From: Bacillota bacterium
GTDB lineage: Bacteria; Bacillota; UBA994; UBA5500
Direction: 5' to 3'
Assembly: GCA_023622465.1 (NCBI GenBank)
Contig: JAMNZE010000011.1
Location: forward strand, 1,588 to 65,587
DNA length: 64,000 nt
The stretch's first letter is position 1. Every line of letters begins with the position of its first letter. Shown here in pieces: positions 9,144 through 18,327 of the stretch. The notes beneath the pieces are model-generated. The model made no database searches and had not been told where the DNA came from. It saw only the letters and a list, made by a program, of their open reading frames with translations. Made by a program: the position numbers and the translations under genes.

Positions 9144-10133
9144 TTAACCTTGGTATTCCGTCTCCATAAGTTTAACCAGGAAGCGTACACCCAACTGTAC
9201 ATCGTCATAGTCCACCATTTCCGAGGCCGTATGGATATACCGGCAAGGGATAGACATGACGCCAGCAGGGATACCACTCTTAGTTAATTGAATAGCGCCC
9301 GCATCGGTTCCTCCCGCTTCTAATACTTCTAGCTGGTAAGGAATGTCGTTAGCCTTGGCCACCTCTTCCATATGGCGACGCACTGCCGGTGTGCAGAGTA
9401 CGCTGGAGTCCCTTACTTTAACGGTTGGGCCCTTACCTAAACTTACGGCCATGGTGGCACTCTTAGGTGTATCGCCGGTGCGCGTTACATCGATAGCAAT
9501 GCCCAGATCAGGACTGATACCGTAGGCAGCTACACGAGCCCCGCGCAAACCTACCTCTTCTTGGGAAGTGAATACGGCATAAATGTCATAGGCCTGGTTT
9601 TCCACCTGCTTTAAAGCCTCAATCAGTATAGCGCAGGCTATGCGGTCGTCCATAGCCTTCGATACCAAGCGTTTACCTAGGTCACAAAACTCCCGTTTAA
9701 TAGCGGCCACATCACCGATATTGACTTTCTTTAATGCCTCTTCTTTGCTATCCACACCAATATCGATAAACATTTTGTTCATAGTCAGGTCTTTCATAGC
9801 GTCTAAACGTTCTATACCGAAAACACCTACCGTTCCATTGGCGAAGTAGCAACGATTACCGATGAGGCTAAAGGGCGAAATGCCTCCCACACCATAAAAA
9901 CGCAAGAAGCCATTATCGTCGATGCTGGTGACCATGACGCCGATTTCGTCCATATGGGCAGCCAACATCAACTTCTTACCGCCACCGCGTTTTACAGTGA
10001 TCAGGTTACCCAAAGCGTCTACGTGTATCTCATCTACGTAGGGCTTAACTTCTTCCATGATCAAATTGCGTATAGTTTCCTCGTTACCGGCAGGGCCATA
10101 GGTTTCAACTAAGCGTTTGATCAGTTCTTTCAT
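9144..10133 (-). CDS. M42 family metallopeptidase (TET/FrvX/YsdC-like aminopeptidase), paralog 3
   Basis: The GPAGNEE and LAAHMDEIG motifs and the conserved metal-ligand pattern match M42. It overlaps the upstream paralog in an ATGA arrangement. Confidence 0.8.
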   Translation of the reverse strand: MKELIKRLVETYGPAGNEETIRNLIMEEVKPYVDEIHVDALGNLITVKRGGGKKLMLAAHMDEIGVMVTSIDDNGFLRFYGVGGISPFSLIGNRCYFANGTVGVFGIERLDAMKDLTMNKMFIDIGVDSKEEALKKVNIGDVAAIKREFCDLGKRLVSKAMDDRIACAILIEALKQVENQAYDIYAVFTSQEEVGLRGARVAAYGISPDLGIAIDVTRTGDTPKSATMAVSLGKGPTVKVRDSSVLCTPAVRRHMEEVAKANDIPYQLEVLEAGGTDAGAIQLTKSGIPAGVMSIPCRYIHTASEMVDYDDVQLGVRFLVKLMETEYQG

Positions 10134-11149
10134 ACCCGAAAACCTCCTTCGATACTACGTAGGAAAAGTTTAATCAATTTGGTAGTGTTTCGCACATCCT
10201 CCAAACTGAGAACTGAAACCGGCGAATGGATATAACGACAAGGAATGGAAATGGCTACCACGGGCACTCCGGCGCGACTGACATTAATACGGCCCGCATC
10301 ATTGCCTCCGGTCACAGTACCTTTAAATTGATAGGGAATATTATTCTCTTCCGCAATACGAACCAACTCTTGGATCATAGCCCGATTGCCGATGGAAGCG
10401 GTATCCATAAAGGTAATAGCCGGGCCACCGCCCAAAACCGTACTATATTCATGCTCCTCCATGCCTGAAACATCATTACAGGTGGTGCCCTCTATCACGA
10501 TGCCTAAATCGGGCTCGATAGCGTAGGCCGCCACACCGGCGCCCCTTAAGCCGATTTCCTCCTGCACAGTAAAGGCGCCATAGAGAGGGAAATTGTACTC
10601 TTCTTTTAGTGCCTCAGCTAACACAAAACAGCCGGCTCGATCGTCCAAGGCTTTCCCCTTGGCTAGGCCTTCACCAAATTCCCCATACTCGGTGGCAAAG
10701 ATGACATAATCACCAAGCTTGACCTTTGCCAAGGCCTCATCCTTACTCTTTGCACCTATATCGATGAAAAGGGAGCGATGGGGAATTACCTGGGTGCGTT
10801 CCTCGGGACGCTGCAAATGGATAGCCTTCGCCCCTATTACACCAGGTACCCGGTTTTTGCCTACCAAAACCGGTTTGGATACCAGCACCCGATCGTCGAT
10901 GCCGCCCACCTTGTGAAAATGGAGCAAACCCGCATCGTCCACATGGCTGATCATAAGGCCCACTTCATCCATGTGGGCAGCTAACATGACCCGTGGACCT
11001 TTAGCAGCTTCTTTACAAGCTATAAGGTTCCCCAGAGCATCCCGTTGCCAGACGCCAACATAATCTTTAAGTTCTTCTTCTAATATGGTGCGTACTTCAT
11101 GCTCGTAACCAGAAGGCCCAAAGGCTTCGGAGAGTTTCTTTAATAGCAT
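10130..11149 (-). CDS. M42 family metallopeptidase, paralog 2
   Basis: It carries FGPSGYEHEV and LAAHMDEVG and overlaps the upstream paralog by 10 nt. Confidence 0.8.
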   Translation of the reverse strand: MLLKKLSEAFGPSGYEHEVRTILEEELKDYVGVWQRDALGNLIACKEAAKGPRVMLAAHMDEVGLMISHVDDAGLLHFHKVGGIDDRVLVSKPVLVGKNRVPGVIGAKAIHLQRPEERTQVIPHRSLFIDIGAKSKDEALAKVKLGDYVIFATEYGEFGEGLAKGKALDDRAGCFVLAEALKEEYNFPLYGAFTVQEEIGLRGAGVAAYAIEPDLGIVIEGTTCNDVSGMEEHEYSTVLGGGPAITFMDTASIGNRAMIQELVRIAEENNIPYQFKGTVTGGNDAGRINVSRAGVPVVAISIPCRYIHSPVSVLSLEDVRNTTKLIKLFLRSIEGGFRV

Positions 11150-12195
11150 AGCAATCCCTCCACAAAGGCGGTATCGATGCTAGCAATGAAGTAGGCCAGC
11201 AAACGCCCCGCCAATTTTATATCCGTCATACTTACTGTTTCCACCGAAGTATGCATGTAGCGAGAAGGAATTGACAGCAGCGCAGTAGGAATACCTGCCC
11301 GCACCACCTGCATGGCCCAGAGGTCGGTGCCGGTGCCAGCAGGAGTGGGGTCCAGCGTGTAGGGGATGTTGTATTCTTTAGCCAACTTAACCAGTTGCTC
11401 AAAAACCTTAGGATGGATGTTGGCACCGAAAGCAATACTCGGGCCCTTACCCATGGGGGCCGTATCCTGTTCCGGAACCCCAGGCATGGCTCCGTGGCAA
11501 ACGTCCAGAGCAATACCGATATCCGGATTGATACCATATGTACTCACAGTAGCGCCCCGCAACCCTACTTCTTCTTGGGTGGTAGCCACAGCGTAAACAT
11601 CGGCCGTATGCTTCAGCTTTTTCAGCTCCTGCAGACACTCGTAGATAACGGCTACAGCAGCCCGATCATCCATCGCCTTGCAGGACACAATATCTTCCCC
11701 AAGTTCCATAAAGGAACGTTTAATAGTTACCACATCACCGACGCTGACCAATTCTTTAACCCGCTCCACCGGTAATCCCAAATCGATTTGTAATTCATGC
11801 ATAGGAATAGCTTTGTTCCGATCTTGCGGTGGAACTAAATGAGGCGGTTTGAGACCAATGATGCCCATCACATCTTCACGCCCGTGCACAACCACCTCTT
11901 GTGCCACCAAGGTGCGTTGATCTACCCCACCAACCTGGGTAAACTTGAGGAATCCCTTTTCGTCGATTTTGGTCACCATGAGGCCAATTTCGTCCATGTG
12001 CCCCGCCAGCATAATGGTCGGGCGTTTACCTTCACCGCAACCCTGTTTAAGGCCAATCACATTGCCTAACACGTCTCGGCGCACGTCATCGCACATATCG
12101 CTAAAAACTTGGCTAATAAGATCGGCCACTGGGCCTTCGGAACCGGACACTCCGGTGGCCTCGACCATTTGCTTCAAAAACTCTTTGGTCTGCAA
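11140..12195 (-). CDS. M42 family metallopeptidase, paralog 1
   Basis: The start was set at the TTG at 12195 (MQTKEFLKQMVEATGVSGSEG), which follows an AAGGAGGAG Shine-Dalgarno at good spacing. It contains LAGHMDEIG. Confidence 0.75.
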   Translation of the reverse strand: MQTKEFLKQMVEATGVSGSEGPVADLISQVFSDMCDDVRRDVLGNVIGLKQGCGEGKRPTIMLAGHMDEIGLMVTKIDEKGFLKFTQVGGVDQRTLVAQEVVVHGREDVMGIIGLKPPHLVPPQDRNKAIPMHELQIDLGLPVERVKELVSVGDVVTIKRSFMELGEDIVSCKAMDDRAAVAVIYECLQELKKLKHTADVYAVATTQEEVGLRGATVSTYGINPDIGIALDVCHGAMPGVPEQDTAPMGKGPSIAFGANIHPKVFEQLVKLAKEYNIPYTLDPTPAGTGTDLWAMQVVRAGIPTALLSIPSRYMHTSVETVSMTDIKLAGRLLAYFIASIDTAFVEGLLCY

Positions 12196-12362
12196 GGTGC
12201 AACTCCTCCTTCCTTTGCTTCCAAACCGGTAACACATTATAGTTTGGAAATCTTATTCCTATTACTTAGTTCGCCATTTGTTACCGGTAACCTGCCCTTT
12301 TGGACGGTTTATGCATGTTCAGTTTGCATATTGGCAACACTAATTTTACAGGAGGCGCGGAT

Positions 12363-12551
12363 ATGAGAAAAGAACCACCCAAACGCAATGAACAAATATG
12401 GGCTGATATAGAACATTGGCAGCTGGAAATGGCCGAGGAACTGGGTATTATCGAGGAAATTCGTCATGTCCATCATTCATTGGGTCCTCGTCCTGTTCTC
12501 CGCTGCAAGCATCACCGCCCCTGGGCGAAATCTAACCACCGTTCCAATTAA
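12363..12551 (+). CDS. hypothetical small protein (62 aa)
   Basis: The ATG at 12363 has a strong AGGAGG Shine-Dalgarno. The protein is charged and His-rich, no family was recognised, and it is followed by a GC-rich terminator. Confidence 0.35.
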   Translation: MRKEPPKRNEQIWADIEHWQLEMAEELGIIEEIRHVHHSLGPRPVLRCKHHRPWAKSNHRSN

Positions 12552-12558
12552 ACCTTTG

Positions 12559-12591
12559 CCGCCCCCCTCGCGAGTTGGGGGCGTTATTTTT
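12559..12591. terminator. bidirectional rho-independent terminator
   Basis: A gccccc(c)...gggggc stem has U-runs on both strands and lies between the convergent small ORFs. Confidence 0.65.
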
Positions 12592-12778
12592 AGGCTTTGT
12601 AGATGGTTACCACCATTTCCTCTCCATCTTTACTCAAACCGAAGATAAAACCGTGATCTCGCAAAGTACGATTACACATATCAATGATCTTATATAGTTC
12701 CGGATGGGCTGCAATCTTCTTACTGGCTAGTACTGTCAGCGGCTCCGGAGGCGTTAACTTGATACCGTCCTGCAACAT
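12590..12778 (-). CDS. hypothetical small protein (62 aa) immediately downstream of surE
   Basis: It lies 3 nt after the surE stop and is probably co-transcribed; no family was recognised. Confidence 0.3.
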   Translation of the reverse strand: MLQDGIKLTPPEPLTVLASKKIAAHPELYKIIDMCNRTLRDHGFIFGLSKDGEEMVVTIYKA

Positions 12779-12781
12779 CCT

Positions 12782-13567
12782 CTACTCCTCTCCATTGTTT
12801 GGTAGTTGCAAATTCCACGCGCTAATAGTATCGAGTAAACGGTAGTTGGTCAGGTCGAACTGAATTGGCGTGAGAGAAACATAACCGTTTCTTACAGCCC
12901 AAACATCGGTGGGCTCCACGTTATTATCTATTGGCTCCTGCCCTGCCAACCAATAATATGTCCCTCCCCAGGGATCCTTACGCTCCAGTACCGGATTATC
13001 ATAACGCAGTTGGCCCAGGGTAGTGACTTTTATTCCCCGCAGTTGCGAGAGCTCCTGTTGGGGAAAATTCACATTCAGCAAGGTGTCGTGGGGCCATGAT
13101 TTTTCACCTACGGCTTGCACCAAATGGCGGGCCAGCTGGGCTGCCGGCTCGAAGACCGGATTCCTATATTCAGCTAACGAAAAAGCAACCGCTGGCAATC
13201 CCAACATGACTGCTTCTAGAGCTGCAGAAACGGTACCCGAATAGAGAACATCAGTGCCCAAATTGGCTCCCCGGTTGATCCCAGATACGACCAGGTCAAT
13301 CTGCTCCGGAAAGAGGGCATCCACAGCTAACTTCACACAATCAGCCGGCGTACCACTGATGGCGTAAGCGGCTTTAGCCCCCGGTACTTCCATTGACTTG
13401 GCTCGTAAGGGCTGAAACATGGTAATCGCATGGCCAGTGGCACTGCGCTCGCGGTCGGGAGCAGCAACAAAGACGGTGCCGATCTTGCTCAACTCTGCAA
13501 CCAAACAACGTAAACCCGATGCCATAATTCCGTCATCATTTGTTACTAGAATACGAAGCTTGTTCAT
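12782..13567 (-). CDS. surE: 5'/3'-nucleotidase SurE
   Basis: The N-terminal MNKLRILVTNDDGI motif and the rest of the protein are SurE-like. Confidence 0.85.
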   Translation of the reverse strand: MNKLRILVTNDDGIMASGLRCLVAELSKIGTVFVAAPDRERSATGHAITMFQPLRAKSMEVPGAKAAYAISGTPADCVKLAVDALFPEQIDLVVSGINRGANLGTDVLYSGTVSAALEAVMLGLPAVAFSLAEYRNPVFEPAAQLARHLVQAVGEKSWPHDTLLNVNFPQQELSQLRGIKVTTLGQLRYDNPVLERKDPWGGTYYWLAGQEPIDNNVEPTDVWAVRNGYVSLTPIQFDLTNYRLLDTISAWNLQLPNNGEE

Positions 13568-13688
13568 CTTTCACCTCTACTCGAAACGATCAGTCCTATT
13601 ATACGTTACTGTTAGTTAACTTGCACGTTTTTGGCAACATGTTCCCCTCCACCCGAGGGAAACCTAGGTTAAAGGAGGTGAGGCTGCC

Positions 13689-14159
13689 ATGCGAAAAAAG
13701 CTAATTCGACTGACAGTATTAGCACTCGTAATAGCAAGCCTGGCAGGTTGTATGCCCATGCGGCGCCCTGCACCAACGCCTACGCCCAACACACCAGTTG
13801 CACCGCAACCAGACCAGCAAAACGTGCAAGCCACCGTTGCTGACCGGGTAGTTAAATTGGTCAATGCCATGCCGGAAGTAAAATCGAGCTATGCTCTGGT
13901 GGTGGGCAATGTGGCCATGGTGGGGGTCGACTTGCGCGACCAACTTTCCGGCGATAAGGAAAATGAGCTGAAAAGCCGCATCAGCGCCAACACCAAAAAG
14001 GAAATACCCGAACTGGCTGAAGTCTGGGTCACATCAGATCCCGATTTGGTAACACGCATCCGCGATCTAGCTGGTCGCATTAGTCGTGGTGAGCCGATAA
14101 CCGGCTTCTTTGATGAAATTACCAATATCGCCAAAAAGTTGCAACCCCAAGGAAGCTAA
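13689..14159 (+). CDS. YhcN/YlaJ family sporulation lipoprotein
   Basis: It has a signal peptide with lipobox LAGC, a Pro/Thr-rich linker and a C-terminal YhcN/YlaJ-like domain. Confidence 0.55.
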   Translation: MRKKLIRLTVLALVIASLAGCMPMRRPAPTPTPNTPVAPQPDQQNVQATVADRVVKLVNAMPEVKSSYALVVGNVAMVGVDLRDQLSGDKENELKSRISANTKKEIPELAEVWVTSDPDLVTRIRDLAGRISRGEPITGFFDEITNIAKKLQPQGS

Positions 14160-14198
14160 AAGGAGAAAAGCGAGCTCGCTATATAGGAGCTCGCTTCG

Positions 14199-15041
14199 TC
14201 ATATTTCCTGAATCTCTGAGATATGGGGCATCAGGTATACATTTTGCAATACCGGGTCCAGCAAGCCAATGGTGGTTTCGTGAACCTGGTCCCGTAATGA
14301 GAGTAATAGATGGGGTACCAGCAAGAGAACCGCATTAATATATTCAATCGGCTGCAGTCCCAAAACTTGATGCTGACTTTCTTCCCACTGCAAGTGCTCA
14401 CAACTAAAAGTGCCCTTCTCCATACGAGTACGCCGGTGCTTTTCATGGGTCTGGGCAGTATCGCACCAGATTAAACTGGAACGTCCTGTCTCCGGGTTAC
14501 TTAGTTTTTCTTCCAGCATCTGAGACGCGGTTTGAAAAGCCTCATCCAAGCTAATGTTAGGCGAGATAATGGTGGGAACGCCTTTGGTTGACAAGGGAAA
14601 CTCTCTCATGATCTGCAGTAATTTCGGAGCTATCTGGCCATTAAACAGGCTTACGGGAACGGCAACCACCGGTCCCTCCTCCTCATCCTGAAAAAGAGCG
14701 AAGTAGAAAACTACAAAAGGCGATACTACCAGCTCCATTTTACTGACATTATCCGGATGAAAAGGTGGCTTTAGTCGCAGGGCTCCTTCCAGCAACTCTT
14801 CTTCGCAGGCCACAAATTGGGCTACCAGTTCCTCTTCCTGCGGTGGGCGCTGAGCCTGTAATGCCTCCTTAATCGTCACAAATTCTAAACGGGAGGCTTG
14901 GGTTGAAAAGGCCGTGGTAACCGTTTTGCCTCCCTGCTCCAGCTGTTGGCGGCCACTTTGTCCAATAAAATAGATTACCTTACTGGCATCACCATCGGGG
15001 GTAAGCACCTTTAAGCGCTGCCACTTACAGCTCGTGACCAT
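14199..15041 (-). CDS. hypothetical protein (280 aa, acidic, Cys/His-containing)
   Basis: This is a complete ORF with an AAGAGGTG Shine-Dalgarno; no family was recognised. Confidence 0.3.
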   Translation of the reverse strand: MVTSCKWQRLKVLTPDGDASKVIYFIGQSGRQQLEQGGKTVTTAFSTQASRLEFVTIKEALQAQRPPQEEELVAQFVACEEELLEGALRLKPPFHPDNVSKMELVVSPFVVFYFALFQDEEEGPVVAVPVSLFNGQIAPKLLQIMREFPLSTKGVPTIISPNISLDEAFQTASQMLEEKLSNPETGRSSLIWCDTAQTHEKHRRTRMEKGTFSCEHLQWEESQHQVLGLQPIEYINAVLLLVPHLLLSLRDQVHETTIGLLDPVLQNVYLMPHISEIQEI

Positions 15042-15155
15042 TCCATCACCTCTTTCTAGCAGCTCTATGCTGCCCTTTACTCTAGAATGCTGCTAGGCGA
15101 GAAAAGTTATGGCGTTAAAGTGTACCTCTATAGGTAACACTAGGTTTCTTTGGTT

Positions 15156-15197
15156 AATAATAAAGGGCAACCCGCCGTATATTGGGCAGGTTGCCCC
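15156..15197 (-). terminator. terminator after the DUF4438-like gene
   Basis: A gggcaacc/ggttgccc stem is followed by a U-run on the minus strand. Confidence 0.55.
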
Positions 15198-15215
15198 TCG
15201 GATAGTTAAAAAAAG

Positions 15216-16079
15216 CTACTTACGGGAAATACCCAGATAGTCAGCAATATTTGCTTTTTCAACTACCCGTGGACGAATCTTGCCCGTGCTGCTAACAAAG
15301 ATAGTGGTTACACCCGGGCCATGACCGGCAACCACGCAATCGCTATGCACAATAACACCGATGGTTACCGCACCCTTGAGGTAACCGCGCCCAAAAGTTG
15401 TATCGCAATCTCTTAGGGCCACCACATCACCGAAGCGCAATTTGCCTAAGTTGAATTGCTCATAGGCTTCCTTATCGGCCGTCATAATATCGTAGTCACC
15501 CCGATAGGCGGTGGAGGAGCCTATACCAGAACCCATTAAGTAGGCCGGCACCTCTGCGGCCACCGGAATTTCCATCACGCCATCTTCGGTGACATTAATG
15601 TTCATCTTTTCTAGCAAATTGGGGTCCAGGTTCATCACGGTCACTTCTGGACAGTCTTCGACTTTGAGGCCGGTGCCGAAACTTTTGATTAGCACCTTAT
15701 CACCAATGGCCATTTTTTCCAGATCCTCTTGTGGGAAGTAAACTAGGGTATGCTCGCAACCGCCATGGGTACCGGTTACGTAACCAAGGGCTCCTTTAGC
15801 GTCACCGCTCACTACCCGAGCCTGATTGCCAATGCAAGCTAACGTGGTCAAGCCCGCATTTTCCGCCTCATTAAAGTTCTTGATTGTTACACCCGGCTCC
15901 ACATGGTCCACCTGCAACCCCATGCAGCTGTCGCCAACTTGGATATTGTAAGTGATACCACCGGTACCAGGCAGCACCACCGGCTTACCGAAAGCGGTAA
16001 CCTTGTAGTTGGGCATACGAGGGTGGGTAATTTCACCTTGTACGCTAACCATGGCCAGTTTATCCACGTTTGTTCTCAT
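15216..16079 (-). CDS. conserved hypothetical protein (possibly DUF4438)
   Basis: The 287-aa Gly-rich soluble protein has no catalytic motif I can name. The family assignment rests on recall only. Confidence 0.35.
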   Translation of the reverse strand: MRTNVDKLAMVSVQGEITHPRMPNYKVTAFGKPVVLPGTGGITYNIQVGDSCMGLQVDHVEPGVTIKNFNEAENAGLTTLACIGNQARVVSGDAKGALGYVTGTHGGCEHTLVYFPQEDLEKMAIGDKVLIKSFGTGLKVEDCPEVTVMNLDPNLLEKMNINVTEDGVMEIPVAAEVPAYLMGSGIGSSTAYRGDYDIMTADKEAYEQFNLGKLRFGDVVALRDCDTTFGRGYLKGAVTIGVIVHSDCVVAGHGPGVTTIFVSSTGKIRPRVVEKANIADYLGISRK

Positions 16080-16143
16080 TCTAGTAACCTCCTATGTTTT
16101 TATTCAAGTTATTGCCTTAAGGCATCTAACTTCCACTTTAGCT

Positions 16144-18312
16144 TTAAGGTCTGACATGAAGAATATATTCATTGGCAATTGTACTCTTGTCGGGCAAGGT
16201 TAATGCCAACTCCAGCGTTAAATGACCGGCTCCATCCAGCTCGTCCGGTACGACTAGTGTTAAAGAACCCACTCGAGAGACCGCATCGGCGGCCGCCTCC
16301 ACCACTGCCCGCTCCCTCACAAAGACCTGCTCTCCTAGTTTCAGCTGCCAAGTAAGCCCCATAGTCGGGAGGGCCCGCGGCAAATCGTTAACCACGTAAA
16401 TTGTACTAGACCAGCTTTCACCGGGAACAAAATAACGTTTCGGCCAGTCCACCATCACTTGTACCGGTGCCATTGCCCGCCTGGTAACGTAGTAAGCCAG
16501 TTTCGGGCGACGGTTCCAATCGAGTAACGACCAGGAAACTAGAGGAGCAGCATCGGCAAAATAGAAGGCCACCGCACCCCCACAAGGACGATATTTGTGG
16601 CGTCGCAAATATTCATGGTAAAACTGCAACAACTCGGCCTGATAAATTTGGGTAGCTGCTATGTAACTCTCCCAATTATCATACTCATCCGGCGGTAGCC
16701 GCTCTAGTAAGAGTTCCACATTAGCTAAGAACTGTTTCGCCACGCTCTCCCAATCCACATCGGGCCAAGAACCTGCCTCGTCAAGCAATTGAGCTATAAA
16801 GTCAGCCTCCTGGGGAAAGGATTGGGCTCCATACTCATTGACCAAACGGATAATACGGGGAAATAGGCGGCCCAGCCGAGCCAAAGTGCGAAAGTTGGTC
16901 GTATTCCACCCATAATAATGGTGAGTAGCCGATCCACCCCGCACCAGCCCCAGTACCCCCGAATGGGGAATGACCGGACGGCTTCTATCCAATTGCCAAA
17001 CGGCTTCCTGCAAGCGGGGATCAAGAATATCCTTATTCCAGCTGGGCTTCATATTATTAAAGAGATTGGCAAGGAGAGCACCCCAGCCAGCACCCCCACC
17101 CCGTTCTTGTCCCGGCGGAGCGTAAGGTTCGTTATGACATGACCAAAAACATACAGCCGGCTCATTACGTAAGGCGCCTACCATGGCCCTAATCTGATGC
17201 AGGGCAATGCCGGTAATGTTACGCTCATACTTCTTATCCAAAGGAAAATCCTGCCATATTATTAACCCTGCTTCGGCACAGAACTGATAAAACTCGGGCC
17301 GCGCCACATGGTTATAAACGCGCACCATGTTAAAATTGGCATCGGCAATTAGCTTGATGTCTCGTTGCAGATCCTCGGCGGTAACCGTTGCCGGATAAAA
17401 ACTGGTAGGGCCATAATTGATGCCCCGCAGAAAAAGTCGCCGATTATTGAGGAAAAACTGCCAGTTCTTCCAAGCCAATTCCCTGATTCCTATATAAGTG
17501 GCACAACTGTCCACTTCACTGCCCTGTTCATCGATCACTATCAGACTAATATTGTAAAGGTGCGGGTACCCTTGATCCCAACACCACCATAATTTGGGAT
17601 CGGGCAGATTTAGTTTGAGATCCAGCTTATTGCTTCCCGGTTGCACGGTCAGAGAAAAATCTTGACTCACCTCTTTGCCTACGAAATTACGAGGTGTTAT
17701 CTTGACGGTAACCTTCACTTGGCTAGCGACCGACCGCCAGATAAGGTCGGTCTGCAATTTAATTTGTGCCGAGTGCCAACCGGTCAGCCGGGAATCAACC
17801 TGTAGGTTTTGCAAATAGCCCCGAAAGTTTTCCTGCAAGGTTACAGGACCCCAAATCCCCCCGGGATTGATCTGCGGGGGTTTACAATCCCACTCCCCAT
17901 AAATACCGATAACCATGTCTCTCCAAGAAACATTGGCCGGAGGACAGTCAACCCGGATTGCCAAGACGTTGCCCTCTGGCAACAGTTGATCCGGCTGGAT
18001 TTCCCAACTCATGGGGGTAAAATATCCTTCATGGGTGCCTAAGAGATCGCCATTCAGCCAGGCAGTAGTTCGATAAAAAGCCCCACCGATGCTTAGCCGG
18101 ATCACTGGCCACGTCAGTGTGGGCTGCCAATCAAAGGTGGTGCGATAAAAAACACTGCCCTTATGGGTAGCCAATTCGGGTTCGAGTTGCCAATGACCAG
18201 GAACAGTTAGCAAGTATTCCGGTTGCATTTCAAAATCCGGCAGATAGAAGCTATCTGCAACGCCGACACTGGTCCAGCCTTGCCACTGACCACCTAGATC
18301 ATATTTTGGCAT
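16144..18312 (-). CDS. glycoside hydrolase family 2 protein (beta-mannosidase/exo-glucosaminidase-like), cytoplasmic
   Basis: It has a GH2 sugar-binding N-domain, an acid/base motif WSCHNEP and a nucleophile region VNEYGAQS in a TIM barrel. There is no signal peptide. Confidence 0.7.
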   Translation of the reverse strand: MPKYDLGGQWQGWTSVGVADSFYLPDFEMQPEYLLTVPGHWQLEPELATHKGSVFYRTTFDWQPTLTWPVIRLSIGGAFYRTTAWLNGDLLGTHEGYFTPMSWEIQPDQLLPEGNVLAIRVDCPPANVSWRDMVIGIYGEWDCKPPQINPGGIWGPVTLQENFRGYLQNLQVDSRLTGWHSAQIKLQTDLIWRSVASQVKVTVKITPRNFVGKEVSQDFSLTVQPGSNKLDLKLNLPDPKLWWCWDQGYPHLYNISLIVIDEQGSEVDSCATYIGIRELAWKNWQFFLNNRRLFLRGINYGPTSFYPATVTAEDLQRDIKLIADANFNMVRVYNHVARPEFYQFCAEAGLIIWQDFPLDKKYERNITGIALHQIRAMVGALRNEPAVCFWSCHNEPYAPPGQERGGGAGWGALLANLFNNMKPSWNKDILDPRLQEAVWQLDRSRPVIPHSGVLGLVRGGSATHHYYGWNTTNFRTLARLGRLFPRIIRLVNEYGAQSFPQEADFIAQLLDEAGSWPDVDWESVAKQFLANVELLLERLPPDEYDNWESYIAATQIYQAELLQFYHEYLRRHKYRPCGGAVAFYFADAAPLVSWSLLDWNRRPKLAYYVTRRAMAPVQVMVDWPKRYFVPGESWSSTIYVVNDLPRALPTMGLTWQLKLGEQVFVRERAVVEAAADAVSRVGSLTLVVPDELDGAGHLTLELALTLPDKSTIANEYILHVRP

Positions 18313-18327
18313 ACTCTCACCCCTTTT

